Origin: Candidatus Cloacimonadota bacterium
Lineage (GTDB): Bacteria > Cloacimonadota > Cloacimonadia > Cloacimonadales > Cloacimonadaceae
DNA: 64,000 nucleotides
Assembly: GCA_012522635.1 (NCBI GenBank)
Contig: JAAYKA010000016.1
Coordinates: 1,290 to 65,289, forward strand
Reading direction: 5' to 3'
A model generated the notes under the pieces. It did not search any database, had not been told where the DNA came from, and saw nothing but the letters and a program-made list of their open reading frames with translations. Of this stretch, positions 16,182 to 25,665 are shown one piece after another; the stretch's first letter is position 1, and every line of letters starts with the position of its first letter. Both the position numbers and the translations under genes were made by a program.

Positions 16182-19118
16182 TTAGTTTTCCTGAAGCAGG
16201 GTTTCGAGATGCGAAAGCTGTTCGGAATCCAGCAGTGGACTGTATTCTGCCAAAGCCAGACGGGCTTCCTGGAGTTCATCCAAAGCGATGAGGCTCAAAA
16301 CGCTGTAATAACAAGCCTGGGCGTGGACATCCGGAAATTCCTGCCAAAGCAGCCGGATTCTTTGAAAGGCTCTGCGAGCCGCGGCGGCTTCGCCTTTTTC
16401 CAAGAGAGCTTTACCCAGCCAGATTTCCGCGTGGGCGCGAATCCAGGGGTTGCTTTGGCTGTCCAAAAGTGAATCCGCCAAAGCGCTGGCTTCGTCCAGG
16501 TTTCCCGTTTCAAACAGATAACCCAACCGCTGAAGATGTGACTGAGGATGAAGCTCCTGCCATTCCGCTCCCAACTCCCACAGATTGGGGAAATCCAACC
16601 AATGGTTTTGGGCTGAAAGGTCAAGCAAACTAAGCCAGATACCAGCCTCAGGAGCCATCTGGAAGGCCTTCAAATAGCGTTCCTGCGCCAATTCGGTATC
16701 TCCAGCCATCTCTGCCAGTTCCGCCCATTGTATCATCAATTCCTGGCTGGGAGCGCGTTCATGGATTTCGATGGCCAGGCTGTCCGCTTCCTCAAGTCGG
16801 TTCAAACGCATGAGTGATTCCAAAAGCAGGCGGTCGAATTCATTTTGTCTTTGCGATGGCAGGTCCAAGCTTTGGCGGAATTGAGAAGCTTCCCGCAGAA
16901 GCTCCGCCCAAAGTTCGGCATTGGCATAAAGCTTCACCAGGATATATTCCAGCTCAAACTTGATATAATCGCTTTTGAAGCTGTCGATGAGTTGCGAGAT
17001 TTCCTCGATGTGGTCATATCCCGTCAATTTGCGGGAACTGGTCTCGATTCCGGTGAAAACCTCAGCCAAGAGAGGCATATCTTCATCCGCCACAAAGGTG
17101 TTGGAAGTGAAGCGTCTGAGGATATTCAACCAGCCGGAAAGCGATTCGCCATAGCGCCCCAGGTTAAAATTCGTCACCGCGATATCCGCCAAAACATTCA
17201 GGAACAGCTCGGAATCCGGAAATTCATCCAGCCAACGGTCATAGATTTCCAAAGCGCGAAGCCACTGCTTCCCCTGAGCGGCGGATTTTGCTGCCTGATA
17301 GAGGTAGATATCGGCGTTCTCTCCGCTGTCTGCCAGTTCCAAAAACACCTGCGAGGCCTCACCGTGTCTGCCCATGTGATATAATGTATAGGCCTCATAA
17401 GACCTGGCCTCAGTATTTTGCTGCGGAGTTGATGAAATTGAGCGCGCCTCGGAAAAGAGTTTCAACGCCTGCTCGAAATCCTTTTTGGAAAAAGCTATTC
17501 CAGCCCTGAGGAGAGCCGTTTCAAAATCCTCATCAAGCTCCGGATTCTCTTCCAAAATCGCCTCAGCGCCAGCGATATCCCTGTCAAAATAATGCGCCTG
17601 AGCCAAGCGCAAGCTCAGAACAGCCTGATTCTCCTCGCTGGGAACCACATCCTGATAAAGCTCGATGGCCCTCTTGTATTCCGAGGCGTAAAAATGGATT
17701 TCCGCCAGGGCGAAGCGAGCCTGGTTTGCAAACGGCGAATCCGGATAATCCCTTAAAAGCCTTTGATAGTTCAGTTTGGCAAGCTCCGGCTCCTCAGGTG
17801 AGTTTTTCGCCAGATAATAAAAAGCTTGGTCACGGTAGATTCCCTGGGGATGGCTGTTCAGATAGCGGTTGGAGGTCTCAACGCAAAGCTTTGTTTGTCC
17901 CAAAGCGTCATAACAGCGGGCGCCAAGAATCTGGTTTTTCTCCGCAATGGCGACGGGTAAAATATGGTTTGACGCCTCGATAAAGGCTTTCAGCGCGCCC
18001 AGATAATCCCCAGCGTTAAAACGGAATTGCCCCAAAATATGCAGCGCTTCACCCCGTTTATCCTGTCTTTTATCCAGATAATCCTGAAGCTGATGGATGG
18101 CAGATTCCGGGTTTTTCTCATAGATGATTTTAAGCCGCTCAAAATAGGAAAGAACAGCCAAATCCGGGTCGGAAGAAATTTGGATAAAGCGGAAAATGGA
18201 ATCCGCAGCGCCCAGATTTCCGTCCTGTTCCAAAAGCAAAGCGTGATAGAAAAGCCCGATTTCACCAGAGTCCTCCAGATTATCCATCACCAGCCTGGCG
18301 CTGTCATAATCATGGATTAAAAGCGCTTTACGCGTCCTCAACAAGCCAAAAACCGGGGTGTTTGTGAACAATGCATCCAAAGAATCCAGATGAGTTTCAA
18401 AATCCTCATAGCGACCCTCGGTAAGAAGCCGGTCCAGCCAGGCTCCGTGATAATCTTCCCAATCCGGGTCCCCGGTGGAAAGCGAATCCAGAATCGCCGT
18501 GGCGGTTTCATCCCGTCCCAAAGCCAAAAGAACCTTGTAATAATCGAACCTCGCTTCCTCCGCGTCGATGGCGAGGGCTTTTTGATATTCCTCAGCGGCG
18601 CTGAACCATAGTTCCTGCATGGCTTTCACGCGCCCACGCCACAGTTTTGCCTGATATTCATACCAAGGGTGGGGCGCCAAAGTCTCCAAATCGTCCAAAA
18701 GCTCCAACGCCGTGGGGAAGAGGCTTTGATGATATTTCACGATGGCGAAGTTTAACAAGATATCGGGCAAAATTGCGGGATGAACATCCCGGGAAAGCAA
18801 TTCCTCATAAATCAGCCCACTTTGGTCGATATCGCCCTTGCGCAGAGCCATATTCGCTTTCATATAGCTGATAAACTCGTCATACGGCGAATCCGGCCAG
18901 CGGTTTGAAAAAGCCTCAATTTCCTCCCAAAGCTCCTCGGAATCCGCGTCGGGACTATAGAAAAGCTCCGTGATATAGTTAAATTCATCGGTTTCGCGAA
19001 TGGACTGACCCCAAAGACCGCCAAAGATAAACAGCGCGAAAACCAGCGTCAAAACAGCGGGGAACAGATTCCCCAGCCTGCGGTGGGGTTTGTGGGTGAA
19101 AAACTTCGAACTGCCCAA
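16182..19118 (-). CDS. large TPR-repeat protein with N-terminal membrane anchor
   Basis: 978 aa with an N-terminal hydrophobic helix (LFPAVLTLVFALFIFGGLW) followed by TPR-like repeats throughout. It starts 3 nt after the upstream stop. Confidence 0.7.
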   Translation of the reverse strand: MGSSKFFTHKPHRRLGNLFPAVLTLVFALFIFGGLWGQSIRETDEFNYITELFYSPDADSEELWEEIEAFSNRWPDSPYDEFISYMKANMALRKGDIDQSGLIYEELLSRDVHPAILPDILLNFAIVKYHQSLFPTALELLDDLETLAPHPWYEYQAKLWRGRVKAMQELWFSAAEEYQKALAIDAEEARFDYYKVLLALGRDETATAILDSLSTGDPDWEDYHGAWLDRLLTEGRYEDFETHLDSLDALFTNTPVFGLLRTRKALLIHDYDSARLVMDNLEDSGEIGLFYHALLLEQDGNLGAADSIFRFIQISSDPDLAVLSYFERLKIIYEKNPESAIHQLQDYLDKRQDKRGEALHILGQFRFNAGDYLGALKAFIEASNHILPVAIAEKNQILGARCYDALGQTKLCVETSNRYLNSHPQGIYRDQAFYYLAKNSPEEPELAKLNYQRLLRDYPDSPFANQARFALAEIHFYASEYKRAIELYQDVVPSEENQAVLSLRLAQAHYFDRDIAGAEAILEENPELDEDFETALLRAGIAFSKKDFEQALKLFSEARSISSTPQQNTEARSYEAYTLYHMGRHGEASQVFLELADSGENADIYLYQAAKSAAQGKQWLRALEIYDRWLDEFPDSELFLNVLADIAVTNFNLGRYGESLSGWLNILRRFTSNTFVADEDMPLLAEVFTGIETSSRKLTGYDHIEEISQLIDSFKSDYIKFELEYILVKLYANAELWAELLREASQFRQSLDLPSQRQNEFDRLLLESLMRLNRLEEADSLAIEIHERAPSQELMIQWAELAEMAGDTELAQERYLKAFQMAPEAGIWLSLLDLSAQNHWLDFPNLWELGAEWQELHPQSHLQRLGYLFETGNLDEASALADSLLDSQSNPWIRAHAEIWLGKALLEKGEAAAARRAFQRIRLLWQEFPDVHAQACYYSVLSLIALDELQEARLALAEYSPLLDSEQLSHLETLLQEN

Positions 19119-19121
19119 GCC

Positions 19122-22100
19122 TCATCCTCCTTTTTTGTTTGGCAAAATCATGAACACAGATGTGCCCTCATTTTCCTTGCTTTGAATCTCAATGCGACCA
19201 CCATGGAGCTCGGCGATGCGTTTGGAAACCGCCAATCCCAATCCCAGTCCGCTGCTGCGATAGGACACCAGGCCGCTTTTGTGGGCGTAAATATCCCCAA
19301 GTTCATAGTATTTTTGAAAAACCTCACGGATACGGCGTTGTGAAATGCCGATGCCGTTGTCTTTCACAAAGATAACCAGGGTCTCCTGGCCATCAATCGT
19401 TTCCTGTGGTAAGGCCGAGCGGCGCGCGCCAATCGTGATAATCCCGTTGTCGTTTGTAAAGCGGACAGCGTTGAGAACGATGTTGTAAATCATCAGATGC
19501 AGGTCAGACCAACTGGACCAAAGCAGAGGCAAATCCTTTTCCAGTTCCACCCGGATGTGAAGCCTGCGCTCGCGGGTGAGGATTTCAATCTGTTGGTGAA
19601 CCTGTCTCAAAATCTCTTCCAGGTCAATCTGCTTTTTGGGCAGCTTTTCCGTGAGGTTATAGCGGTTCATGGTTTGGATGTCCGCCACCGTGATGGAAAG
19701 CTTTCTAACCGCGTCCTCAAGCTGTGTCCAGGGTTTTCCCTTGGCTTCCGGTTCCTGTTGTTTCAGGCGGTTGAGCGCCGCTTGCAACATAAAGAGCGGG
19801 GTGTTGAATTCATGGCTCACGATATGGGTAAAATAATCCTTGGCTTGTTCCAGATTGCTCAATTCCGCGCTTTTTTGGATGAGTTCAGAATATTGCAGGG
19901 AATTTTGGATGGCGTTTTGGAAAAGCCGGATGAAAAGCCGTGTGAATTCCTCGTTCAAATACATCTCGCGATTGCTTTCCCCGGCGTTGTCCAGATAGAG
20001 ATAGCCGCTGTAATCCTGCTCAAGAATGGGCGTGCAAAAGATGGTTTGAATCCCATAATCCTGAACGCTGAAGGAATCCTCAAACCGTTTATCCATGGGC
20101 GCGTTGGTGGATTTCAGCTCACTTTGCGTGCTCTGACAGATTCCCAACGCGGTTTTGCTGACCCCAAACGCGGTGCTCATAATCTGGCCATTCATATCCA
20201 GTTGAACCTGGAAAAAGTTGTTTCCCTCGGCGTCTTTTTTAATCAGGAAGCCTCTGGTGGCGCCGGTGAGTTCAATGGCGGCGGAAACCATGCCCTGTTC
20301 CAGTTCACTCAAATTTTTGGTGTTCACCAGCTCGTTTGAAAGCTCGATGAGCCGGTTCATCTTTTCCATGCGCAGATAAAGCTCGGAATAGTCCCAGGCT
20401 CTCACCAACATGGCGGTCAGCGGCGCTCTCATGTTGTCCAAAAGCTCCAATTCACCCGGAGTGTATTCCAGTTCGCCGCCGTCGCTCAAAACCAGATGGC
20501 CAACCCTGCGGCTGGATGTGCCCAAAGGCAGGACAACAATATGTTTCCCTTGATGTTCAAAACTTTGCAGGCTCTGAGTTTGGAACGCTTCCTCGATATG
20601 CTCGCCAAATTCTCCGGGAAGCGGAAGCTGGGCGTTTTGGCTGAGGAAATCCTGGTAGGCGCCCAGTTTTTCCGACCACGCCATCAGGACAAAGCTCCAA
20701 GGCCCAATGAGCTGGCTGATTCCCTTGCCGATGAGGAATTTAACCCTCTGGAGGCTGTTCACATTCGAGGTGTCGAACAATATCTCATTCAGTCTCAGCC
20801 TGTTGCTGCTTTGGCGGGAAGCCATGGGCATTGTTTTGAAAAGAGCGGGGTCTGCGCAGTGATATTGGCTCACCTCCAAAAAGTTCAGTCGGTCCTGAGG
20901 GTCGATGTCCCGCGTGATGGTTTCCAGGTGTTGGCGATACTGGCGAAATTCCTCCCGCGCCGCCTGGCTCGCTCCGATTTTGGAAAGAAGCTGGATTTTC
21001 ATCTGTCTAAGCTGAACTTCCAATTGGTAATACTTCAAGCTCTGACAGCGTGCCAGACAATCGTTTAGCTGGCGTAAAAGCTCCCGCAAGCCCTGGGAAG
21101 GGTCAGTCAGCTTCAGTTTCAATTCCAAAATCTGGAGGCTCAACTGCCAATACAGATAGTTCCGCTGCTCGATTTCCGGCTTGGCTTTGCGCAGAATCTC
21201 CGCGGCGCGGTCAAGCTGTCCCAAGCCATAGTGACAGGTCGCCTGTAACACGCTCAAAACCGCCATGGCATAATGATTGTTAATCTGTCCGGCAAAGCGC
21301 AGCGCCAATTTAAGCTGTTTCAGCGCGGTGTCGTGGTCGCCCTCCGACATCGCCAAAAGGCTCAGCGCGTTGTGATAAAACTCCTGTTCATGGATTTGGA
21401 CATAATCAATCTGCGTGTTTCCCAAAATCAGGTTGCTCAGCTTCTTGGGGTTATTGATTTCGTTCAAATAGTAAAAATAAGTTTTCACCAGGGGGTTGAT
21501 TTGGGAAATATTGCCTTGAACCAGCTTCGGTTCACGCTGCGCGATGAAGTTATAATAATGTCCGAAACCGATAATTTTGCTCTTGGCCAGCGCCAGGTTG
21601 CGTTCGATGGAAACGAGATATTTTTCCGCTTTCAGCTCTTTGATAAGCTCCTGGGCTTCCAAGAGGAGGGTTTCCGCTTCCTCAAACGCGCCCATCTTGA
21701 TTTTCGCCTCACCCTGGTTCAAAAGCGCTCTGCCCATCGCCAGGCGGTTTCCACGGTCTTTGGCGTAGGCGAAGGCTTTCTCAGCGTGAGCCAGTCCAGT
21801 GGCGGTGAAGCCCTGTTTGAGGTCCAAATCCGCCAGATTATTATGAATCCAAGCCAGATGGCGCCGGATATTATAGCTGTTCCAGATATTCAGCGCGATG
21901 CCAAAGTGTTCACCCGCCTCAGCCAAATCCTTTTGAATGCTGTAAATTTCGCCCAGAGCGTTATGTAGCGAAGCCAGCTCAATCATGGCGTCCGTTTCCT
22001 GGCTGGGGCTTTGCTGAGCCAGAAATTCCTCGAGCCTTTTTGCGGCGAGGTCGTGGCCATCTTCATACACATCATAGGCAGACATCAGCGTTGCCACCTT

Positions 22101-24626
22101 GATCTGACAGGCAAAGGAAACGCTTTCCAGCTCCAAACCGGCGAGGCTTTTTTTCAATCTCGGAGGGTTCAGCCGGGCGTGGATTTGTCCCTGCCAGAGC
22201 CGCGCCCGTGCCTTTTGACCCGGGGTTGCCGCCAGTTTCTCCGCTCTCTCATAATGTTTCAAAGCCGTTTTCGTGTCCCCTTGAAACAAGACCAGGGTTC
22301 CCAAAAGCCCAAATTTCTCAAAGCAGTTGGGCAGTTTATCCTGGTTATGCAAAAGCAAATCCGTCTCCGTCAGGCTGGCGGTGAATTCCAACATCCGGTG
22401 GAATTTGCCCAAATCGCTCGCCAATTCTGCGGGGGAAAGCTCCAACCCTCGATCCAGATGGAGCCTCAAAACCTCCGCGATGGAATTGAAAGCTTCCTGT
22501 TGCAGATGGTCCTGACAGAAAAGCTCGTAAAGCCTCAAGAGCCAGCGTCTTTCGCTTGCCATATCCTCGGCGATTCTGGCTCCCTCAATCAAGCCCCGAC
22601 AGGTGGCAAGGTCTTCCACCTTGGTGGCTTCAAAATATTGTAACACCCTCAGTGAAACCAACTTCCGCATCCGGGGCAAACACTGTTCAAAGAATTTTTC
22701 CTTGGTTTCCACAAAGGTGAAATAGTGTTGTTTTCCTTCCTTTTGGAGAATCTCGTTGAATTTCGCTTCGCTGAGAAGCCCGTAAAGCTCACTGTCGCCA
22801 AGCTTACAGATATGGCGAATCAGTCCGCTGGAAATGGGTGTCTGCACGATGGACAGTTTTTGAAGGTTCAGATATGCCCCCGGGCTCAAGCGGCTCATGC
22901 TGGCGTAGATGGATTCCAGCGGTTCAGCGGGCAGTTCAAAGCCTTCCAGCGCCTGGGCTGCGGGGCTTTTACCGGGGCTGAAATCTCCCTTTTCCGCCAA
23001 AGAAGCCAAAATTTCCCGAATCATCCAGGGGTTTCCGCCCGAACGCCGGTGTAGCCATTGCGAAAAACCCTCCTCCAGTTCCCAGCCCGCCAGGCTTTTG
23101 GCATACGCCGCGCTTTGGGAAACGCTGAACATGTGAAGCTGGATTAACACCGGATGGCGGATAAGCTTCACCTGTCTCAAATCGCTGCTGCTCATCAGGA
23201 TTAAAATGGGCTGTTGAGCCACCCAGGGCGCAAGGAAGTTGATGAAATCTATACTGTGGGGGTGGAGGTGTTCGATGTCTCGAATAACGAAAACAACGGG
23301 TTTAATCCGCGCCAATTCACCAATCATCCTCTTGGCAAAATCAAAATCCGCCATCAAGGGTGGATGGGCTTCGACGGAAAGTTTGCTCACTTTCGCTGGA
23401 GACAAGCTCTGAAAATCGTCATCCGGGAATCCAGGCTCCATCCCACCTTTTTCCTGCTCATTTTCGGCAAAGAGATAGGCACGCATCCGGGGCGAAATCC
23501 CCTCGGTCTTTTGATATTTCTCCAGCTCTTCCGCCGACAGCGACCCCAGATATTCCTTAATCAGCGCGAAAAAGGCGTCACGTTGGCTGGGACTGCAATG
23601 GTAGTCGAAAATATGTTGTTCCCCGCCCAAAATCTCATAACGGAACAGGCTGAGCAATTCGCTGGCGCCCATTCCCTCCCCGCCCAGGATACACACGGTT
23701 TTTCCCGCGCCCACATCCTGTCTGGGAAGCTGGTCCATAAGCCTGCCCAGCTCGTCGCCACGGGTCACGCTGCCTCCATGGCGGATGGAATTTGCCAAGC
23801 CTCCTCCCGCTGAAGGAGAAAACTCTCGTCCGCTGGCGCGCTCGATTTGGGAAAGAACCTCCGCCGCGCTTTGGACGTGGTTTTCAGCCTCCGGCGCCAA
23901 AAGCCTGAGACATAGATTTTGCAAAGCCATGGGAATCCCCGGGTCCAATTCCCTGGGATAAAGCGGCGAAAACCAGCGCCGACCCTGTCCTCGCATCGCT
24001 TCAATCTGGCGTGAACTGAAAGGGTCCCTACCCGTGAGCATGCGATAGATTACCGCGCCCAGGGAAAACAGGTCGTCCTGCGGGGAAAAGCTTCCGGAAC
24101 GCAGGCTAAGATTCCCGCTCTCATCGCCTTGACGGAGGGGCAGATTCCAGGGCGCCGTGCTGGGAGCGCCAAAACCGTGGTCAGCCAGCTTTACTTCGAG
24201 GCCTTGCCTCGTTTTCAGAAAAAGGATATTTTCCGCTTTCAGGGCGCCATGCGTCATTCCCTGGCGGTGAAGTGCGTCCAAACCCAGACAAACCCGCGCC
24301 AAAAGCTCCCAAACCTCCGCCTCACGTCCCGCCGCGAAGCCTCCTTCGCTCAGGGTTAATGCGTTCTGAAAATATTCCCCCACCATGTAGAGGCCGTCGT
24401 CCTGCCGTCCAAAATCGTAAACACTCAGCAGGTTCGGATGGCGCAAACAGCGGCGACGCCACATTCCAAAGGCGCTGAAAATCCCGCTGGATTCCTCTCC
24501 CCAAAGGTCTTGGAACAGCTTCAAACGCAAAATGGCTCCGCTTCGAAGGTCCATGGCGCGCCAAACGCTGCCAAGCGGTCCGGAGCCCATGTTTTCCAAA
24601 AGGCGGTAGCGGCGGTCTATTATCAT
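19122..24626 (-). CDS. multidomain sensor: Ser/Thr-kinase-like domain, AAA/STAND-like region, TPR array, GAF, HisKA + HATPase_c histidine kinase
   Basis: The N-terminus has GSGPLGSVW, LRLK and DLFSLG kinase-fold motifs. The C-terminus has SHEFNTPL (H box), NIVLNAVRFT (N box), VKDNGIGIS (G1) and GLGLGLAVSKRIAELHGG (G2). The start is chosen at ATG 24626 because of its GGGAG SD spacing; ATG 24632 is an alternative. The track start at 24752 is unlikely. Confidence 0.8.
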   Translation of the reverse strand: MIIDRRYRLLENMGSGPLGSVWRAMDLRSGAILRLKLFQDLWGEESSGIFSAFGMWRRRCLRHPNLLSVYDFGRQDDGLYMVGEYFQNALTLSEGGFAAGREAEVWELLARVCLGLDALHRQGMTHGALKAENILFLKTRQGLEVKLADHGFGAPSTAPWNLPLRQGDESGNLSLRSGSFSPQDDLFSLGAVIYRMLTGRDPFSSRQIEAMRGQGRRWFSPLYPRELDPGIPMALQNLCLRLLAPEAENHVQSAAEVLSQIERASGREFSPSAGGGLANSIRHGGSVTRGDELGRLMDQLPRQDVGAGKTVCILGGEGMGASELLSLFRYEILGGEQHIFDYHCSPSQRDAFFALIKEYLGSLSAEELEKYQKTEGISPRMRAYLFAENEQEKGGMEPGFPDDDFQSLSPAKVSKLSVEAHPPLMADFDFAKRMIGELARIKPVVFVIRDIEHLHPHSIDFINFLAPWVAQQPILILMSSSDLRQVKLIRHPVLIQLHMFSVSQSAAYAKSLAGWELEEGFSQWLHRRSGGNPWMIREILASLAEKGDFSPGKSPAAQALEGFELPAEPLESIYASMSRLSPGAYLNLQKLSIVQTPISSGLIRHICKLGDSELYGLLSEAKFNEILQKEGKQHYFTFVETKEKFFEQCLPRMRKLVSLRVLQYFEATKVEDLATCRGLIEGARIAEDMASERRWLLRLYELFCQDHLQQEAFNSIAEVLRLHLDRGLELSPAELASDLGKFHRMLEFTASLTETDLLLHNQDKLPNCFEKFGLLGTLVLFQGDTKTALKHYERAEKLAATPGQKARARLWQGQIHARLNPPRLKKSLAGLELESVSFACQIKVATLMSAYDVYEDGHDLAAKRLEEFLAQQSPSQETDAMIELASLHNALGEIYSIQKDLAEAGEHFGIALNIWNSYNIRRHLAWIHNNLADLDLKQGFTATGLAHAEKAFAYAKDRGNRLAMGRALLNQGEAKIKMGAFEEAETLLLEAQELIKELKAEKYLVSIERNLALAKSKIIGFGHYYNFIAQREPKLVQGNISQINPLVKTYFYYLNEINNPKKLSNLILGNTQIDYVQIHEQEFYHNALSLLAMSEGDHDTALKQLKLALRFAGQINNHYAMAVLSVLQATCHYGLGQLDRAAEILRKAKPEIEQRNYLYWQLSLQILELKLKLTDPSQGLRELLRQLNDCLARCQSLKYYQLEVQLRQMKIQLLSKIGASQAAREEFRQYRQHLETITRDIDPQDRLNFLEVSQYHCADPALFKTMPMASRQSSNRLRLNEILFDTSNVNSLQRVKFLIGKGISQLIGPWSFVLMAWSEKLGAYQDFLSQNAQLPLPGEFGEHIEEAFQTQSLQSFEHQGKHIVVLPLGTSSRRVGHLVLSDGGELEYTPGELELLDNMRAPLTAMLVRAWDYSELYLRMEKMNRLIELSNELVNTKNLSELEQGMVSAAIELTGATRGFLIKKDAEGNNFFQVQLDMNGQIMSTAFGVSKTALGICQSTQSELKSTNAPMDKRFEDSFSVQDYGIQTIFCTPILEQDYSGYLYLDNAGESNREMYLNEEFTRLFIRLFQNAIQNSLQYSELIQKSAELSNLEQAKDYFTHIVSHEFNTPLFMLQAALNRLKQQEPEAKGKPWTQLEDAVRKLSITVADIQTMNRYNLTEKLPKKQIDLEEILRQVHQQIEILTRERRLHIRVELEKDLPLLWSSWSDLHLMIYNIVLNAVRFTNDNGIITIGARRSALPQETIDGQETLVIFVKDNGIGISQRRIREVFQKYYELGDIYAHKSGLVSYRSSGLGLGLAVSKRIAELHGGRIEIQSKENEGTSVFMILPNKKGG

Positions 24627-24651
24627 TTTCATCTCCCTTGTATTTGGGTGC

Positions 24652-24679
24652 AAAATAAAAAAGTAAAGCTGCTTGTCAA
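24652..24679 (-). promoter_or_regulatory. putative sigma70-type promoter of the sensor-kinase operon
   Basis: On the minus strand: TTGACA (24679-24674), a 16-nt spacer, then TATTTT (24657-24652), about 25 nt upstream of the start codon. Confidence 0.35.
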
Positions 24680-25050
24680 GCCGGGAATGAAAGAAAATCG
24701 CCAAAAACGCGGAAAATATTTCAAAACACACCCTTCCAAAGAGTTCTGACAAAGATTTGACGCCCCTGTGTGTGGGCGTTATTCCGGCTTTGTCCCTGAA
24801 TGTTCCTTATTTTTGTCTTCATTTTACTCCTCCCTGTTTTTTTCTTGTCTCGAGAAAAGGATTTCACCTAAACATCGGTTCCCATCCCATTAAGCTCCCT
24901 TGATTCCAGCTCCGAAGTAACCCGATACTATCCCGGGAACATCCTTTGTGCCGTTAAGGATGTTTCCGGGGCATGTATGAGGCATTCATGAGCCACGCTA
25001 AAGAGCCCCTCTATATATAGTGGGTAACAAAATGGGGGTTCTCGCGGATT

Positions 25051-25088
25051 TTTTTTGATAGATTAGGGATACACAGGATGATGAGGAT
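25051..25088 (+). repeat. left copy of a 37-38 bp inverted repeat bracketing the R-M cassette
   Basis: TTTTTTGATAGATTAGGGATACACAGGATGATGAGGAT. Its reverse complement matches 33741-33777 with one substitution and one 1-nt indel. Confidence 0.85.
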
Positions 25089-25156
25089 GAAAAGGGGATT
25101 TGGGTTCATGCAGATTTCGCCTATAACGCTAATTTATATATAGTTTACGAAAGCGC

Positions 25157-25665
25157 CGGAACACCGGATTCATCCAGCTGTTGGTGCCAGATTCATCTGG
25201 CACAATGGGGAAAACCCGCCGCCTTTTTCCACCGGATAAATCCGGCGGCTCCTACCGGTTGAAACCGGTGTTCCAACAGTCTCCACTTCACCACTCAAAC
25301 CAGCGCCAGACCGTCATTCCGAACGCACGTGAGGAATCCAGTCCTTGTGGGAGCACCGGATTCATCCGGTCGTTGGTGCCAGATTCATCTGGCACAATAA
25401 ACAAACCGCCACACTTTTCCACCAGATTCATCTGGGACAATGAGGTGACCACGCTTCCCTTTTCCACCGGATAAATCCGGCGGTACGACCGGTTGAAACC
25501 GGTGTTCCAACAGTCGCCACTTCACCCCCCAAACCCGTGCCAGACCGTCATTCCGACCGCAGGGAGGAATCCAGGATTCGGCAATAAAGAATGTGCCTCC
25601 GACCACCCAACTCCGCCCACTACCACCCAAACCCTGCAAACCACCACCCAGCCCGAATTTCAAAA
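25157..25665 (+). repeat. array of modular hairpin repeats (locus A), two tandem units of roughly 200 nt
   Basis: Both units contain, in the same order: CACCGGATTCATCC(G/A)G, GTGCCAGATTCATCTGGCAC (25184-25203 and 25376-25395), CACCGGATAAATCCGGCGG, ACCGGTTGAAACCGGTGTTCC and CCGTCATTCCGA(A/C)CGC...GAGGAATCCAG. The array ends in a C/A-rich tract CCGACCACCCAACTCCGCCCACTACCACCCAAACCC. Confidence 0.85.

Noticed and set aside
24721-24822. The 33-codon SD-preceded ORF as an annotated CDS.
   Set aside because: It is too short and has no recognisable family. I cannot distinguish it from chance without comparative data, so it is kept as a low-interest finding and not as a feature.
25157-25665. Possible CRISPR array, because short palindromic repeats recur.
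   Set aside because: The repeats are heterogeneous modules of different lengths and are not separated by unique spacers of uniform size. The same flanking sequence recurs with them, and no cas genes are present in the window.
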